Of a DNA stretch of 64,000 nt, positions 13,188 to 26,157 are shown one piece after another (positions within the stretch are counted from its first letter, which is position 1; every line of letters starts with the position of its first letter). Below the pieces are notes generated by a model, which saw nothing but the letters and a program-made list of their open reading frames with translations, did no database searches and was not told the DNA's origin. The position numbers were made by a program, and so were the translations under genes. The stretch covers positions 2,356,001-2,420,000 of the forward strand of contig NEEC01000015.1 of NCBI GenBank assembly GCA_002189035.1. The letters run 5' to 3'. Origin of the DNA: Utricularia gibba. Taxonomy: Eukaryota > Plantae > Magnoliophyta.

Positions 13188-15155
13188 AAGCAAATCAACT
13201 CCCCTACTCCTCATTCTTAAAGATGGTTTAAATTTTATATTTTTTTAGACAAACTATTCCACATATAAAATAAGCAACTGCCCCTACATCTAACACCATA
13301 AAGAGACCGCAGGCTCCATTTTCTAGAAAGTTGGAGAATATATTTTTTAAAATAAAATTCATTTATATTTAATAATAAAAGCTGTTTATTTTCACCGAAC
13401 AAAACCTAATTTACACAGCGGGGGAGTTCGCCGGAGGAACGGAGGGAGCCTGGCGGTTGGAATGTTCATTTACACGGCGGTGTGCGTGACCTTAAATGCG
13501 ATTGAATTAGAAAGAAGGGAAGCACATGGCGGTTGCAATAATTCGAGGGCCATGGGGATTGGGGGTGGCCATGAATCATCCCCATGCCGCCCCCTCATGT
13601 GGGATGCCGGTGCCCAGGAGTAAAGTTTTCATTTTTTTACTGTGGGTAACTCATGGAAAGAAGATGGTAAAAGGGAATCATCTGTTGCTTCCATTTGTGA
13701 CATGATTTTCCACCAAATTGGTTGTGATTTGTTGGCGGGTCGAGCAGCAGCAATCAATCATCGGAATTCAAAACCTTACGACAAAGCCATGACTGCTGCG
13801 CTCCAACCTCGTTCAAATTACTATACTACCCCCTTACCCGAAGGGAGGGGGTTGCTGGGCCCTGGGGAATATGTAATTTCACTTGGGGTCGGGTCCCACG
13901 GCCCATCAATCATGGAGACGAACATGGGCCCTTGAAATGGCGCAGCGCCAATCCTCGACCGCGGATCACGCTACACCCCGTGAACCGAACCGCAGTGAAT
14001 AACTGTTTCTTTTTTTTTTCTTTTTTGGTCTTTGCAGTTGCACAGTGTGGGTTCAGACAAGAACCCCACCTTTGGTAGATTTACAGGTGATGAAGAGGAG
14101 GATTCAGAGAAATACAAAAGTTGAAATTCAAAAATATCTAAAAGTGAAAAAGGAAAAAAAATTCTTCCTCTGTCTGTGACTCTGTGCCCATATCTTCTTC
14201 TTACGCTATCCCTTTTGTGCAGTATTTTTTGCTTCTCTTTCCTCTCCTGCTAAAGTGAGGTAGGTGATTCTTCATACCTTCAATGGCTTCAAAGGGGTTT
14301 AGGGTTTTATTTAACGGTAAGACCGCAGAGCTGGCTCTTTTTCTGTGTGCATTTACCTCTCTTTGAATGCCCGGCTTGCTGTTTTGGGTTTTCTGTTTTG
14401 TGTACCGTGGAGAGGAGGCGTATTTCTGCACTCCGTTTCCCCTGCATGCATTTGCTTGAGAAATGGAGTTCGAAGCTCTGGTTTTTTTGGGACTTTTTTT
14501 CTTGAAGCTTAGATGGGATGTTTTGTCTTCGTGTCTGCAAGGCTAGCGGGCATTTTGTTCGCCGGCCGCTGCCTTTTTCATTTTCCGGCTTCGTCGTGTG
14601 AAACGATGTCGTTTCTCAGGAATTGTTCCTGCACGTGCTAATGTTTCGCTATGTGACAAGATTTTGGTGGGCTGAGACTAGAAGGTCAATTTTGGCATCT
14701 ATTAGTTTTCCTTTTCTGTGCAAATCGAAAAATGAGTTCTTCTTCTTCAACGTTTTCTGGAGTTTCGCTGAGTCCTCTCTGTAAATTAATGGTGCAAGAA
14801 GAATCCCGGAGCATTTATTGATACACCTAACGTCGTATTCTTTGCTAATTTTTTCACTGCTGTAATATTTTCTAGTTGTAAATAGTTTCCAGAAGTTTAT
14901 GTTTCACTCGAAATGAACACCAGTTGTGTTGCCGTGATAGGAAAACATTCTTACCATTTGGGAATATAGCCTCCATGTTCTTACAACCGGGGTACCATAG
15001 GCTTGTGGTTATTACAGAAGTGAGTGATTGCACACTTTTAATCTCGTTTGTGTCTAAAGGCATAGCTGTTGGATTCCTGTCCTATTTATGCCTCCTCAGA
15101 ATTACAAGTGTGTCTGAAATATGTAGTGGCTTTTCCGTGCTTGAGTTTTGCAGAA

Positions 15156-16421
15156 ATGAATGTGGTTGCACCTGGAAGCTGCTGGGATTCACACGGAAAT
15201 GGCGTCTATGGGGACCAAGACTTCGATAACTTGTTCAGCATATTGGACTTCCCCATAGAGAGTTTGGAAGAAAATGAGTTTGTGGAGGAGGATTGGGATA
15301 TCAGCAAGTCACAATCTCTTGGTCCTATTCCACCAGATGTGTTGATGGATCCGCTAATTGAAACTGATCTACCATGTTTATCGGCCGTACCGGCTGCTTC
15401 TGTGAGTCCTTATCATGATAGTTCTCCATTTTTATTCAGTATGACATATACTGTGGAAGCCTGTAAAAAGATGAACCGAATATGCTTTGTTGGTATGTAA
15501 GAAAATGAGCTCATGGTTTCTCACCTCTGTTGATCCCTCAAGTTCAGGACAGCCAGTGTCCTAAGGATGTGCTTGCTTACTGCTTTTCTTAATATGTATG
15601 CTCTTGACAGTTACATGATGATGGGGATAAAATCATCGTCCATCTTCTTCCTGTTCTAATCATTGTTTTTTGGTTGATACTTCAAGGTTGATGGAGCTCC
15701 AGAGTTGACGCAGGTGCCTGAGTATATCCATGAAACCTCTGCCTCTGATAATTTCCAGCATTGCTCTACTCAACTTGAGATCCCGGAGTCGAGAATTTTC
15801 CAGAGCCCGAGCCCCAACTCTGTTCTTGAAAGCAGTGGATGCTCTAACCGGAAAGGTTCACCCAAGGCTCGTGGGTTGATTCCTGTAAAGGCCAGGTCCA
15901 AGCGTGTTCGGGCGGCTGTGAACCCGTGGCTAGCCCTGCTGTCCCCTCTCGTCACTGCTGCTACTTCATCATCTGTTTCAAGTGCCAAAAGAGAGAGACA
16001 TCAGAGGAAGAAAACAATGATATCTCACCAGCCAGTTGCTAAAGAAAGCAAGAACGGGACATTGCCGAAGGCCGATAACTCACTGCTTGTGGCATTGGAG
16101 AAGGATCAGCCTGCGGTTGCTACTAAAAAGTGTGCACATTGTGAAGTGACAAAGACACCTCAGTGGAGGGAGGGACCAACTGGACCCAAAACCCTATGCA
16201 ATGCATGTGGTGTACGGTATCGCTCTGGTCGTCTCTTTCCCGAGTACAGACCAGCAGCAAGTCCTACATTCACCCCAGCCCTTCACTCAAATTCCCACAA
16301 GAAGGTGATCGAGATGAGAAGCAAAGCAAGTCACCGCATTGCCTCGTTTAACATCAACGGACCTGCTGTGTCTCCACGGCCTGAGTTTGCTCAAAAGTGT
16401 AGCTTCTTGTTCGAGTATTAG
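15156..16421 (+). CDS. GATA transcription factor, subfamily I (GATA10/11/13-like)
   Basis: Exon 15156-15401 (LFSILDFPIESLEE...EEDWD) and exon 15687-16421 with PVKARSKR and the CAHCEVTKTPQWREGPTGPKTLCNACGVRYRSGRLFPEYRPAASPTF..HSNSHKKV zinc finger. Confidence 0.92.
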
Positions 16422-18079
16422 TGAAAAATGGGAGGCCCCATGTCGGTTTTCTCCTGGAGTTAGGATCAGATTTGAGTTACATGGAATTTTCCCCCTTTCA
16501 ATCCTTGAGACAAAGTAACTGTGTACAAAAAGGTGGAAGTTGAGAGTTAGAGTAGGATGATAGTGTGGTGAAAGATGGGAAATGGAACACTTAGTCTCCA
16601 GTTAGATGTCTGCTTGGTTTCCCTTGGCTGAGTTTATTTGTTTTCCTTTGTTTGTTATGAATCAATCACCTTCCTCAAATTTTCTGCAACTTAAGTTTCT
16701 TCTCTAATGAAACTTTTCCAGTTGCCCCTAACAACGTTCCCTTAAGTTTCTTGATTCATTTCAGCAATGACTGCAGTGTCATCCAAGACAGAATTCACCA
16801 TGTTTACGAGTCTGGTACATCCACAAGTCGGTAACAATAGAGTCAATGAAGCTCAAATCTGTGATCTTATAGGTAACACCGCAAATCCCAAATGTTCTAC
16901 TAGCCCAAATCAGCCAATCCAAAATACATACGATTGTTGGAGGAATGATCTAAAAAGGAACTTGGGTTTTCAAACACTGCTCCTGCTCTGTCTGGTATAC
17001 GAAGATTCCCACTCAGAAGAAGATAGTTGAAACCCCCATTGTGAGGCATCCAGCTGCTACCCAAGGGCTCAATCTCTCGCCTGTTTAATGAAAAACCATT
17101 GCAGAGCTCAAAGAGGTCATGTGATCAATCTCTAAGCAAAAAAAGTTGGGTGGTAAATGAAAAGTCATCTGGACTTGCTTGGTTGTTCAAGAGCCTTAGC
17201 AAGAACTGAGGAACCATACCTATTCTAGCAGCCTTCCAGAATACTCCTCGGAACCTGGGATGAATCGGGATACGAAATTACTTACATCGTTAGCCAGCAG
17301 AAGATAAGCACTTTATGATTCATCCGATAGGGGAAGAAGCCAAAACATACTTCAAACGAAGTACAAAGACTACATTTCCAACAGTCTTGGGATGAATAGC
17401 CAAAATGAGCCAGAAAAATAGCCATTTATGATCCATAACACACGGGAAGAAGCCAAAGTATACGTTGAATGAAGTACAAAGACTATATTTACGACAGTCT
17501 TGGGATTGGTTGCTCAAACAAGGAAACAGTAAACGGCATAGCAAGTTTTACCCAGTTCGCTGTTCCAGGAGAGCAGGAAACTGAATCTTCACATACGTGC
17601 AGGCACATATTCCCAGTAGAACAACCGTCAGGAAAGAGCTGAAATTGAAGAGAGCCGACTGAAAAGATATCATCAGTATCAGTACTCATCACCAGAAATG
17701 AAAATGTCGAATCAAACACAAAAATTTGATTTCCGTAAAGAACTCTCACCATTCCAACCTTCACCCTTCTCTAGACGGTACAAATTCTTCGAATAAATCT
17801 GCAATATTGCCCTCAAATCTGAACTCATACGATGATAACTGAATCAATTCAAGGAACGGAGAGCAGAAACATTTCCGAAAATTCCGATCCAGAAATAACC
17901 AAAAAGTAACTCCTCCAGAAAACCCGTTCATCATAAGTAGAATAAAAGACTTTCGATTCAGTAGAGAAATCAGCTAGAGACGAGAACGTACATAGGGATC
18001 AAAAATCTCCGAAGCGCCTACTCTGTCGCTTGAACAGTTGTTCTGGTCACGCGATTTCTGCAAATGCAATGTAATTGCC

Positions 18080-18095
18080 TTTGGGCCGGCCCAAA
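18080..18095. promoter_or_regulatory. Perfect 16-bp palindrome of two site II (TGGGCY) elements; putative bidirectional promoter core
   Basis: TTTGGGCCGGCCCAAA, about 100 bp upstream of the VPS3 ATG. Confidence 0.6.
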
Positions 18096-18198
18096 CGACG
18101 GACGAGTCGGCGGGTCCGGTCTGCTGGGACACGCCAGTTTTTACCTTCCATCGCTCTCTCTTCGTTTCACATCCTTGGTTTTCCTTCACTGGGTGTTG

Positions 18199-21100
18199 AT
18201 GGCTGTAAAGCCTAAGTCCCGCAATATTATCGAACCGTTAGCTGAAGCAACTATAGATTCCAGTTACTCTCCGATCAAATCGCTAGCTGTTTGCACAACT
18301 CCGGACGGCCAAACACTGATTTATGTCTCTACTCTGTCCGGTGTTCTCTTGTTATACACCCTCCGAACTCGCCAAGTTGCCGCCCCTGAAATCACCTTCG
18401 TCAGGCGCACTTCCTTGCCTGGCGCCGGCGGTGGGGGTGGCGCCTTCACGGGTTCCATTCATCCCCTTGTCAATTTCGGTAAGATCATGGTAGTTTCTGA
18501 CGGATTCTTGTTTTTGGTTGACTCTGGTTTACTGGAGCCTGCTAAAAGAGTCGGTCTCTTCAGAAGTATAACTGCCTTTTCTCGTAAATATCGAAGCTGG
18601 AGGAATCCTTCCATAGATATTGAAAGGCAAAGTGATGAGTTTAGTGGTAACGATGATGGCACCGGCATTCTGCTTGCAGTTGGGACTGGGAAAAAGTTGC
18701 TATTGGCGAAGCTGAGCATTGGTGGGTCTTTGCTGATAGAGAAGGAGATACAAGGGGTATCCGATGGGGGTATCATGGCTTTATTATGGATCGATGATTC
18801 TATATTTGTTGGGACATCTACAGCTTATTATTTGTATGATTATGCGAATGGCCAATGCGGTCTGATTTTCTCTCTTCCGGATCCTTATATATTTCCGCGG
18901 ATTAAGTTCCTTGCTAAGGATTCAAGGGTATTATTAATGATGGAGAATGTAGGCATTGTTGTGGATCTGGGGGACATCCAGTGGGAGGGAGTTTGGTGTT
19001 CAAAGAAGCCCCTGATATGTTCATGGAAATTGGAAGTTATGTAGTGGCCGCTAAAGGGTTAACAGTGGAACTATATCACAAAAAAACAGGTTTCTGTGCT
19101 CAAAGGATTGTAGTCGGAACTGGAGCTGAAGGCCATTGCTTGCTTGCCGATGAAGAGACTGAGATGGGAAATTTTATTGCCATAGCTACAAGTTTAAAGG
19201 TACCTATTATCGTTGAACCTAGTTCTAGCAATATACTTGTCTCAGTTGAGTTCGTTGCTCTTAAGGTCATTAATTTAATTTTTTCCGGATTGAAGCTCAC
19301 GTGTTATGGAAAAGTTTCTGAGGAGGAGCAGATAAAAGATCTCCTCAGGAAAAAGTACTTCAAGGAAGCCATTTCGTTGGTTGAGGAGCTTGGAAATGAA
19401 GAGATGCTCTCTTCAGTTCATGCGCAGGTGGGATTCCTGCTGATATTTGACCTGCAGTTTTCTGAAGCAGTCGATCATTTCCTCTTGGCAGAAAAAATGC
19501 AGCCTTCAGAAGTTTTTCCATTTGTTCTGCCAGACCCAAATCGATGGAGCTTGCAGGTATGAGCTATTCACGAAGGTGAATTTTCATTTGTGGACAGTAT
19601 TATGCTGTTTTTGTTTTCTGTGTGGCTATCCTGTTATGGTTGCATTTATATTGTCCTTAAAGTGTTTAGTTGTCAATGCGCTTCTATGAACATTGCAGTT
19701 GAATTGACAGTATTCCCTTGACCCTCAATATTGTTTTCTCTTGTATGAACTAGTCGAGTTACTTTGACTGATACTAGAGGCATTTGCTAAATTTCGCTTT
19801 TGCAGTTCTTGCCCAACAATCTATAACAAAGTGTTGAGAATTTTCAGGTTCCCAGGAACCGCTATTGGGGCTTGCATCCTCCTCCAAAACCCCTTGAAAA
19901 CGTGATAGATGATGGACTGAATGCTATTCAGAGAGCTGTTTTTCTTAAAAAGGCAGGTGTTGATACCACCATTGATGATGAATTTCTTCGAAATCCACCT
20001 AATAGGGCAGATCTATTGCAACGTGCCATTGAAAACATGATAAGGTACGCTGGTTCGTGATTTTTTTAATTTTCAAATGATTCTCTCTTGCTTTGCTGCA
20101 TCATAAGATTTGGATGCTGTCAAAACGCCCTGCCGGCCTGCAGATACCTGAAAGCTTGTCGCAATAGAGATCTTGCTCTCTCAGTCATGGAAGGGGTAGA
20201 CACCCTTCTAATGTACCTGTATAGAGCTATCAACCGCACCAAGGACATGGAAATGCTTGCATCATCTGACAATAACTGTGTGGTGGTATATACTATGTCT
20301 CTTTTTCCTATTATCTTTTAAAGGCCCATCGTTAAGGTGAGCACCTGATCTGTTTGCTGCATGCCACATTGAAATAGCTAAAGTTTCACGGTGAGATTTT
20401 TCTTCCATACTAGTGTTCTTGGGAAAATGCCATCAGTTGAATTTTTCTTTAAGAAATATCTTTCTTAATTTGAATGGATGTGCCCTTGAATGCTTATTTG
20501 AACGCTGGCTTTTCTGTGTGCGTGAATTTACACATCATTTAAAATTGATCATGTTTTTACAATGGGCAATGCAGGAGGAGCTGGAAACACTGCTGACTGA
20601 CTCTGGGCATATGCGCGCACTTGCTTTCCTGTATGCTTCTAAGGGATTTAGCTCCAAGGCACTGTCCATATGGCGCTCATTGTCAAGAAATTATTCATCA
20701 AATGGCATTGGGAAATACCAATCTGAAGATTTTGATGCACTTGAGGCTGCTGCCGTGGAGGCTTCAAAGATTATGGAGGGCTCTTCAGACCAAAACTTGA
20801 TACTTCAGCACCTTGGATGGGTTTGTAATGATATATCTCAAAGCTCATTTTAGTAGTTATTGCAATACTATTTTGATGTTTTGTCAGTCTGTGTAGGTTT
20901 CAGATGTCAAACAAGCTCTTGCAATCAATGTTCTTATATCAGAGAAGAGGGCGAATCTTCTATCTCCAGGTTAGCATCCATCCAAAATCTCTAGAAGAAG
21001 TTCCAAGGTTACAACCTTAAAGCTAGCTTACTCTTGGCCAATGGAGGATTCTTTATCTAGTCGTTCTCATCTTTCTGGGTGCCATTCAGGATGGTGACTT

Positions 21101-23068
21101 AATTTTTTATTTTAGTTGATATTTTCTGATACATAATTTTTTTACTTAGTATGAAAGGCTAAAATTTCTGGTCGGAATGAGTGACTGTCCTCTTGATTAT
21201 TTTGTAACGTGTTAATACTGTCATGTCATCTTAATTGGTCTTTAATGTAATCTTTTCTCGTAAACAGATGAAGTGATTGCTGCAATAGATCCAAAAAAGA
21301 CAGAAATTCTGAAGCGGTATGTCTGGTTATCTTTTAGTTGAAGTGGCGTTCACGCTCAAGTTCAATTTCGTTTCTGTTCTCTTTCTGCACTTTCCTGCAA
21401 CTGGATCGTTGCACTTGTTTTTAACTTTAATTGGTTCATTTTATACTGCTTCGTGTAACTCCAGATATCTCCAATGGTTAATTGAAGAGAAAGACTTCGT
21501 TGACACAAAGTTCCATACTGCATATGCAATCCTGCTTGCAAAGTCGGCACTTGCAAGCGATGAGATGGGGCAACCCAGTCAAGATAAAACAGCACCATCT
21601 CCAAAGTATGGGACACAACATGCTGAATGTCCTGCTAGGCAAAGACTCAGGATGTTTCTAGGTTCTTCAGACTTGTATGATGTGGAAAAGGTCCTCTTTA
21701 TGATCGAGGAATCGGAGCTATGGCTAGAAAAGGTTCTTTTAGCACAGCATGTTAACATAGCAATTGCTTCTATGTCTTCATAACTTAGAAAAGACAGCCT
21801 TGTTGTTGATTTCCTCTAGCTCCTGCGTTTAATTTTTATATATTACAGGCTATTCTATACAGGAGACTAGGTCAAGAAAACCTTGTTCTCCAGATTCTGG
21901 CCTTGTAAGTTAAAACGTAATCATATTTTCAGCTCTGCTATGTTCTAGAGAGATAGTTCCCCTCCAGTGTATCTTGATATTAACTAGGAATTTTTTGATG
22001 TCTTGCGCTTTCCACTTATCAGGAAACTGAATGATTTTGAAGCTGCTGAACAATATTGTGCCGAGATTGGAAGACCAGATGCTTACATCCAGTGAATCAT
22101 TTTACTTTTTTCTCATTTTATGAACTAATGTTTAAACCGTATCCTCTGTGATCATTTGTTATCCTACATGTTATGAACAGGCTGTTTGAGATGTATTTAG
22201 ACCCCATGGATGGAAGAGAGCCGATGTTTGAAGCTGCCATTCGGCTTTTCCATAAACATGGAGAGATGCTGAACCCAGCTCAAGTGTTGGATGTACAAAT
22301 CTTGCAGTTTTTACTCCTGAATCATGCTTATACGTGTTGATTATTGCTTTTTAGGCTAAATTCTTTATGTTTACCAAAGATTACATATCTACAGTCCTCC
22401 ATATGTTTATGTTTGCCCCTTTATTTGATTCTATGGGATATACTCTAGGCTTCTTATCTGAACGTGCATTCTGCAGAGGTTGCCCGTGAATATGCCTCTC
22501 CAGCTTGCATCGGACACCATAATAAAGCTCTTGAGAGCCCGGCATCATCACTATCGCCAGGGACAGGTTACTCTTTTGTGTATTAGATTGTTGCCCCATC
22601 CTTTGCAATGATATATACATGTTCTAGCACTTTCGTGATAGCAGCCAATCACTTATCTCGGCGATGTACACCTATCGTTTGTGAGTTGGAACATCACGCC
22701 TGCTGTTACAATAACTGCTCAACTTTCACGTAGGACAGATAGAGTACAAGCTGTCCCGTGCCTTGGACCTTGATGCAAGATTATCAAGATCAGAGGAACG
22801 CTCTCGTTACGTCCAGATCAACGATGGAACCGTTTGTGATTCATGCCAAGCTCGTCTCGGCACGAAACTATTCGCCATGTACCCAGATGATACCGTTGTC
22901 TGCTACAAGGTTAGTCATAGCATCTTAAGTCAACCTTGCTTACAAAATGACCCTTTTTTTTTGTTTTTTCAGTGCTATCGCCGCAGGGGCGAGTCAACAT
23001 CATCGAATGGGAGAGATTGGAGGCAGGCTGATAAGCTACTCAAGCCCGGGTGGCTGGTTACTCGCTGA
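18199..23068 (+). CDS. VPS3: Vacuolar sorting protein 3 / TGFBRAP1-like CORVET subunit (CNH, CHCR and Vps39_2 domains); one apparent frameshift
   Basis: About 14 exons traced with GT-AG junctions. Contains GHPVGGSLVF, VPRNRYWGLHPPPKPLENVIDDGL, and C-terminal RSRYVQINDGTVCDSCQARLGTKLFAMYPDD...KPGWLVTR. A 1-nt deletion at the G run 18969-18973 is needed to join the frames. Confidence 0.88.
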
Positions 23069-24004
23069 ACGCGATGAGTTAGTTCATCACAGAACCAGAG
23101 GCTTTCCTTCCATGCACAGGCTATATATTATTATAAAAGGAGAAGGGGATGTCACCACCGCTGCCGCTTCCATTCGGCTCTCTTTTTGCGGCCTTGCAGC
23201 TTCGTTCCCTTCCCTTTGATGAGCACATGGTGGGGCGAGGCGGGGTCGGAGAACTTGCCAGCACAGCAGGCGTTCAGTTCGTGTCGCAGTGGTGATGGAT
23301 TACCGTGAGGTCTGGCTTTCAAAATTGGATCTTGCTTTGGCACACTGATAAATGTGTTATCTTTTTTGTTGGAGTGGTGGGTAAAAGGAAAACGGACAAA
23401 TGGAATTTGGCAGAAGGTGTGGGTCCAGTGGCAGGGTAATTCTGCCAACGTCAGAGAAGACAAAACCACTCAGATCGCGCCAGCTGGAACTGCCAATGAA
23501 TTTTTTTTTTGGAAAAAGGAAAAAATAATTATGTTTTTTTTATTTTTCCCCACCTTGGAAACAACCGACAAATCGTGGATCTTGATGCTAAATTTACTCC
23601 GGTCGTCGGTTTTCCCATTCCGAGGGTGGGTTTTTCACCTTTGACCGGAGGCTAGTTGAATGCTTCCATGCAAATGCGTTGTACATCAGTTAAAAGCCAT
23701 GTCTTGCGTGCGGGTTTTCGGCAGATGATGGTTCGGTTCCACGAGAAGTTGTGGGGTGGGGAAATTGTACTGTTTTTTTGTTAATCAATACTCTGAACCT
23801 TGAAGCCGTTGGTTCATTTACGTTTTGGTTTTAGGGTAGAGCTGGCTCTCTGAAATCTTGTCTCCCTTGGGTTTCTCGCAGCATTTATTGAAGTGGAGGG
23901 AGGGAGGAGAATTTGCGAGAACCTTAGTCTCTGCAACTGTTCGACTTGGACCCAGAATCTTATACCACATTTAGTTGCATTTGCACCTGAAAGAAAGACG
24001 AGAA

Positions 24005-26157
24005 ATGAGAGAGGCGCTGGATCGGAGTTTGGATCCAGAACTCTGGCACGCTTGCGCCGGCGGCATGGTTCAGATTCCTCCGGTGAATACCGAGGTCTTC
24101 TACTTTCCACAAGGACATGCGGAGCACACCCTTGCGTACGTGGATTTTGGGAACTTCCCCAAGATTCCACCTATGATTCTCTGTAGAGTTGAAGATGTGA
24201 AGTATTTGGCGGACCTGAAACAGATGAAGTTTATGCCAGAATCCGTCTTGTTCCCTGCGGCAAGAATGAGGTGAGTTTAGAAGATGACAGATTTGTGAGG
24301 CCCGCATTTGGTTCTGGTAGCAAACCCACTTCTTTTGCCAAGACACTCACCCAATCTGACGCCAATAACGGTGGAGGATTCTCTGTTCCGAGGTACTGCG
24401 CAGAAACCATCTTTCCGCGCTTGGATTACACTGCCGACCCTCCTGTTCAGAACATTGTTGCTAAAGATGTCCATGGTGAAACGTGGAAGTTCAGGCATAT
24501 CTACAGAGGGACACCAAGAAGACATTTGCTGACCACCGGTTGGAGTACTTTTGTGAACCAAAAGAAGCTTGTCGCTGGAGATTCAATTGTTTTCATGAAA
24601 GCAGACAATGGAAACCTGTGGGTTGGGATCCGGAGAGCCAAGAAGGGTAGAAACAATGGTGCATTTGAGATCAGGAACTCCGGATGTTTTAGTGGATTCT
24701 GCTCCTCATTTCTCAAGGAGAATACAAACAAATTAGTGAGACCTGAATCTGTTGTCCAGGCAGCCTATTTGGCTGCCACTTCCCAGCCATTTGAAGTTGA
24801 ATTTTTTCCTCGCGTAAATACACCGGAGTTCTGCGTGAGATCTTCAGCTGTTTTTGATTCCATGAGAATCCAATGGTGTCCCGGAATCAGATTCAAGATG
24901 CCATTTGAGACCGAAGATTCATCCAGAATTAGCTGGTTTATGGGAACTGTTGCTTCTGTTCAAGTCAGTGATCAACTTAACTGGTGCAACTCCCTATGGA
25001 GATTGCTTCAGGTTGTTAACATTTCCTGATTACCCAACTTCGAAAAACACATTGCTCATCTTCTCCTTACTAATACTCGTGTAGGTGACTTGGGATGAAC
25101 CTGATCTTCTACAGAATGTAAAATGTGTTAATCCATGGCTGGTGGAGATTGTTTCGAGAATTCCGGCTTCATCCTTTACACCCGGAAGAAGTTCCGTTCG
25201 CCTCGTGACTCAGATTTCTCATTTGACTGTCAATCTCCAACCCCACTTGGCCCAAAGAGTCCTTCGTTTGTTCTGCAGGATCCCATTTCTGCAGGCATAC
25301 AGGGAGCCAGGCATGCTTCAACTCTCGACTTATGCAGTGAGCTGCAGCTTGGATCGTCACCAAAAATTTTTTTAATCCTAATCCTCGACCCAAGGTTCAT
25401 GATGAAACATGTGAAACTGTATCCTGCCTTTTGAGCATTGGAAGCTCCAGTCAGAAACCCCAGCAAATCAATGATATGAAGACAGCACGGTTTTTGCTCT
25501 TTGGTCAGCCCATATTCACTGAGCAGCAGATCTCTGGTATCGATTCCGTTTCAAGTTCAGAGTGTGCAAAGAGTTTTTCAAGTACCACAGATTCTGGAGA
25601 GCTTACAAAAAGCTTATCGGATTCAGAGTTCACAGGGAAGGATGAAGCTGGTCTTGACACAAGCCACTGTAAGTGTATGGTGTTCATAGACTCGAAAAAA
25701 GACATCACTCACAGCCTTGATCTCTCAATCATCCCATCATTCGAAGAGTTGTACAAAAAATTAGAGGACATCGTTGGATCAGATGTGCAGGGTAATCTGT
25801 TGTATCATGATGCAACCGGTGTAGTTAAACCAGTCGAAGATGAACCTGAACCGTTCAGGTAGGAAGCTGCAACTTCCGTCTCCTTGGTGTTTATACTGCT
25901 TGACACATTCATATTCCTGCAGCAACTTCGCCAAGAAGGCCGTGAGACTGATCATTCATACAAAGCTGGATTCCAACGACGCCTCTGGAAGGTACATCTT
26001 TCTTCATGTGTACTCACCATGCGCAAATGGTGCAGCAAGTTACGAAACTGTAAAAGAGATCTAAATTCCTTGCAGGAAACTGATCACTGGTTTGGAAATG
26101 GGTGCAAGGGGACTTAACTCTTCAAACCATGCAGGACCTTTGAGCATCTTTGCTTAG
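24005..26157 (+). CDS. Auxin response factor of the miR160-targeted ARF10/16/17 clade; three apparent frameshifts
   Basis: LDPELWHACAGGMVQIP, B3 domain SFAKTLTQSDANNGGGFSVPRYCAETIF, AGIQGARH, LFGQPIFTEQQ, degenerate PB1, and C-terminus AGPLSIFA* (TAG 26155-26157). Frames join only with +1 nt at 24214, 25181 and about 25367. Confidence 0.9.
25293..25313 (+). promoter_or_regulatory. miR160 target site in the ARF mRNA
   Basis: AGGCATACAGGGAGCCAGGCA is complementary to miR160 (UGCCUGGCUCCCUGUAUGCCA) with a single mismatch at the miRNA 3' end. Confidence 0.95.

Noticed and set aside
13520-13600. Hairpin (CATGGGGAT/ATCCCCATG) as a miRNA precursor
   Set aside because: Large asymmetric bulges, no 21-nt duplex, and no match to conserved miRNA families I know.
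17624-17695. Box C/D snoRNA-like GTGATGA...CTGA on the minus strand
   Set aside because: Poor terminal stem, and only short imperfect rRNA complementarity by eye. Kept only as part of the orphan-unit finding.
18064-18198. 45-aa in-frame N-terminal extension of VPS3 from ATG 18064
   Set aside because: It runs through the promoter palindrome and a CT-rich leader; ATG 18199 fits the expected start.
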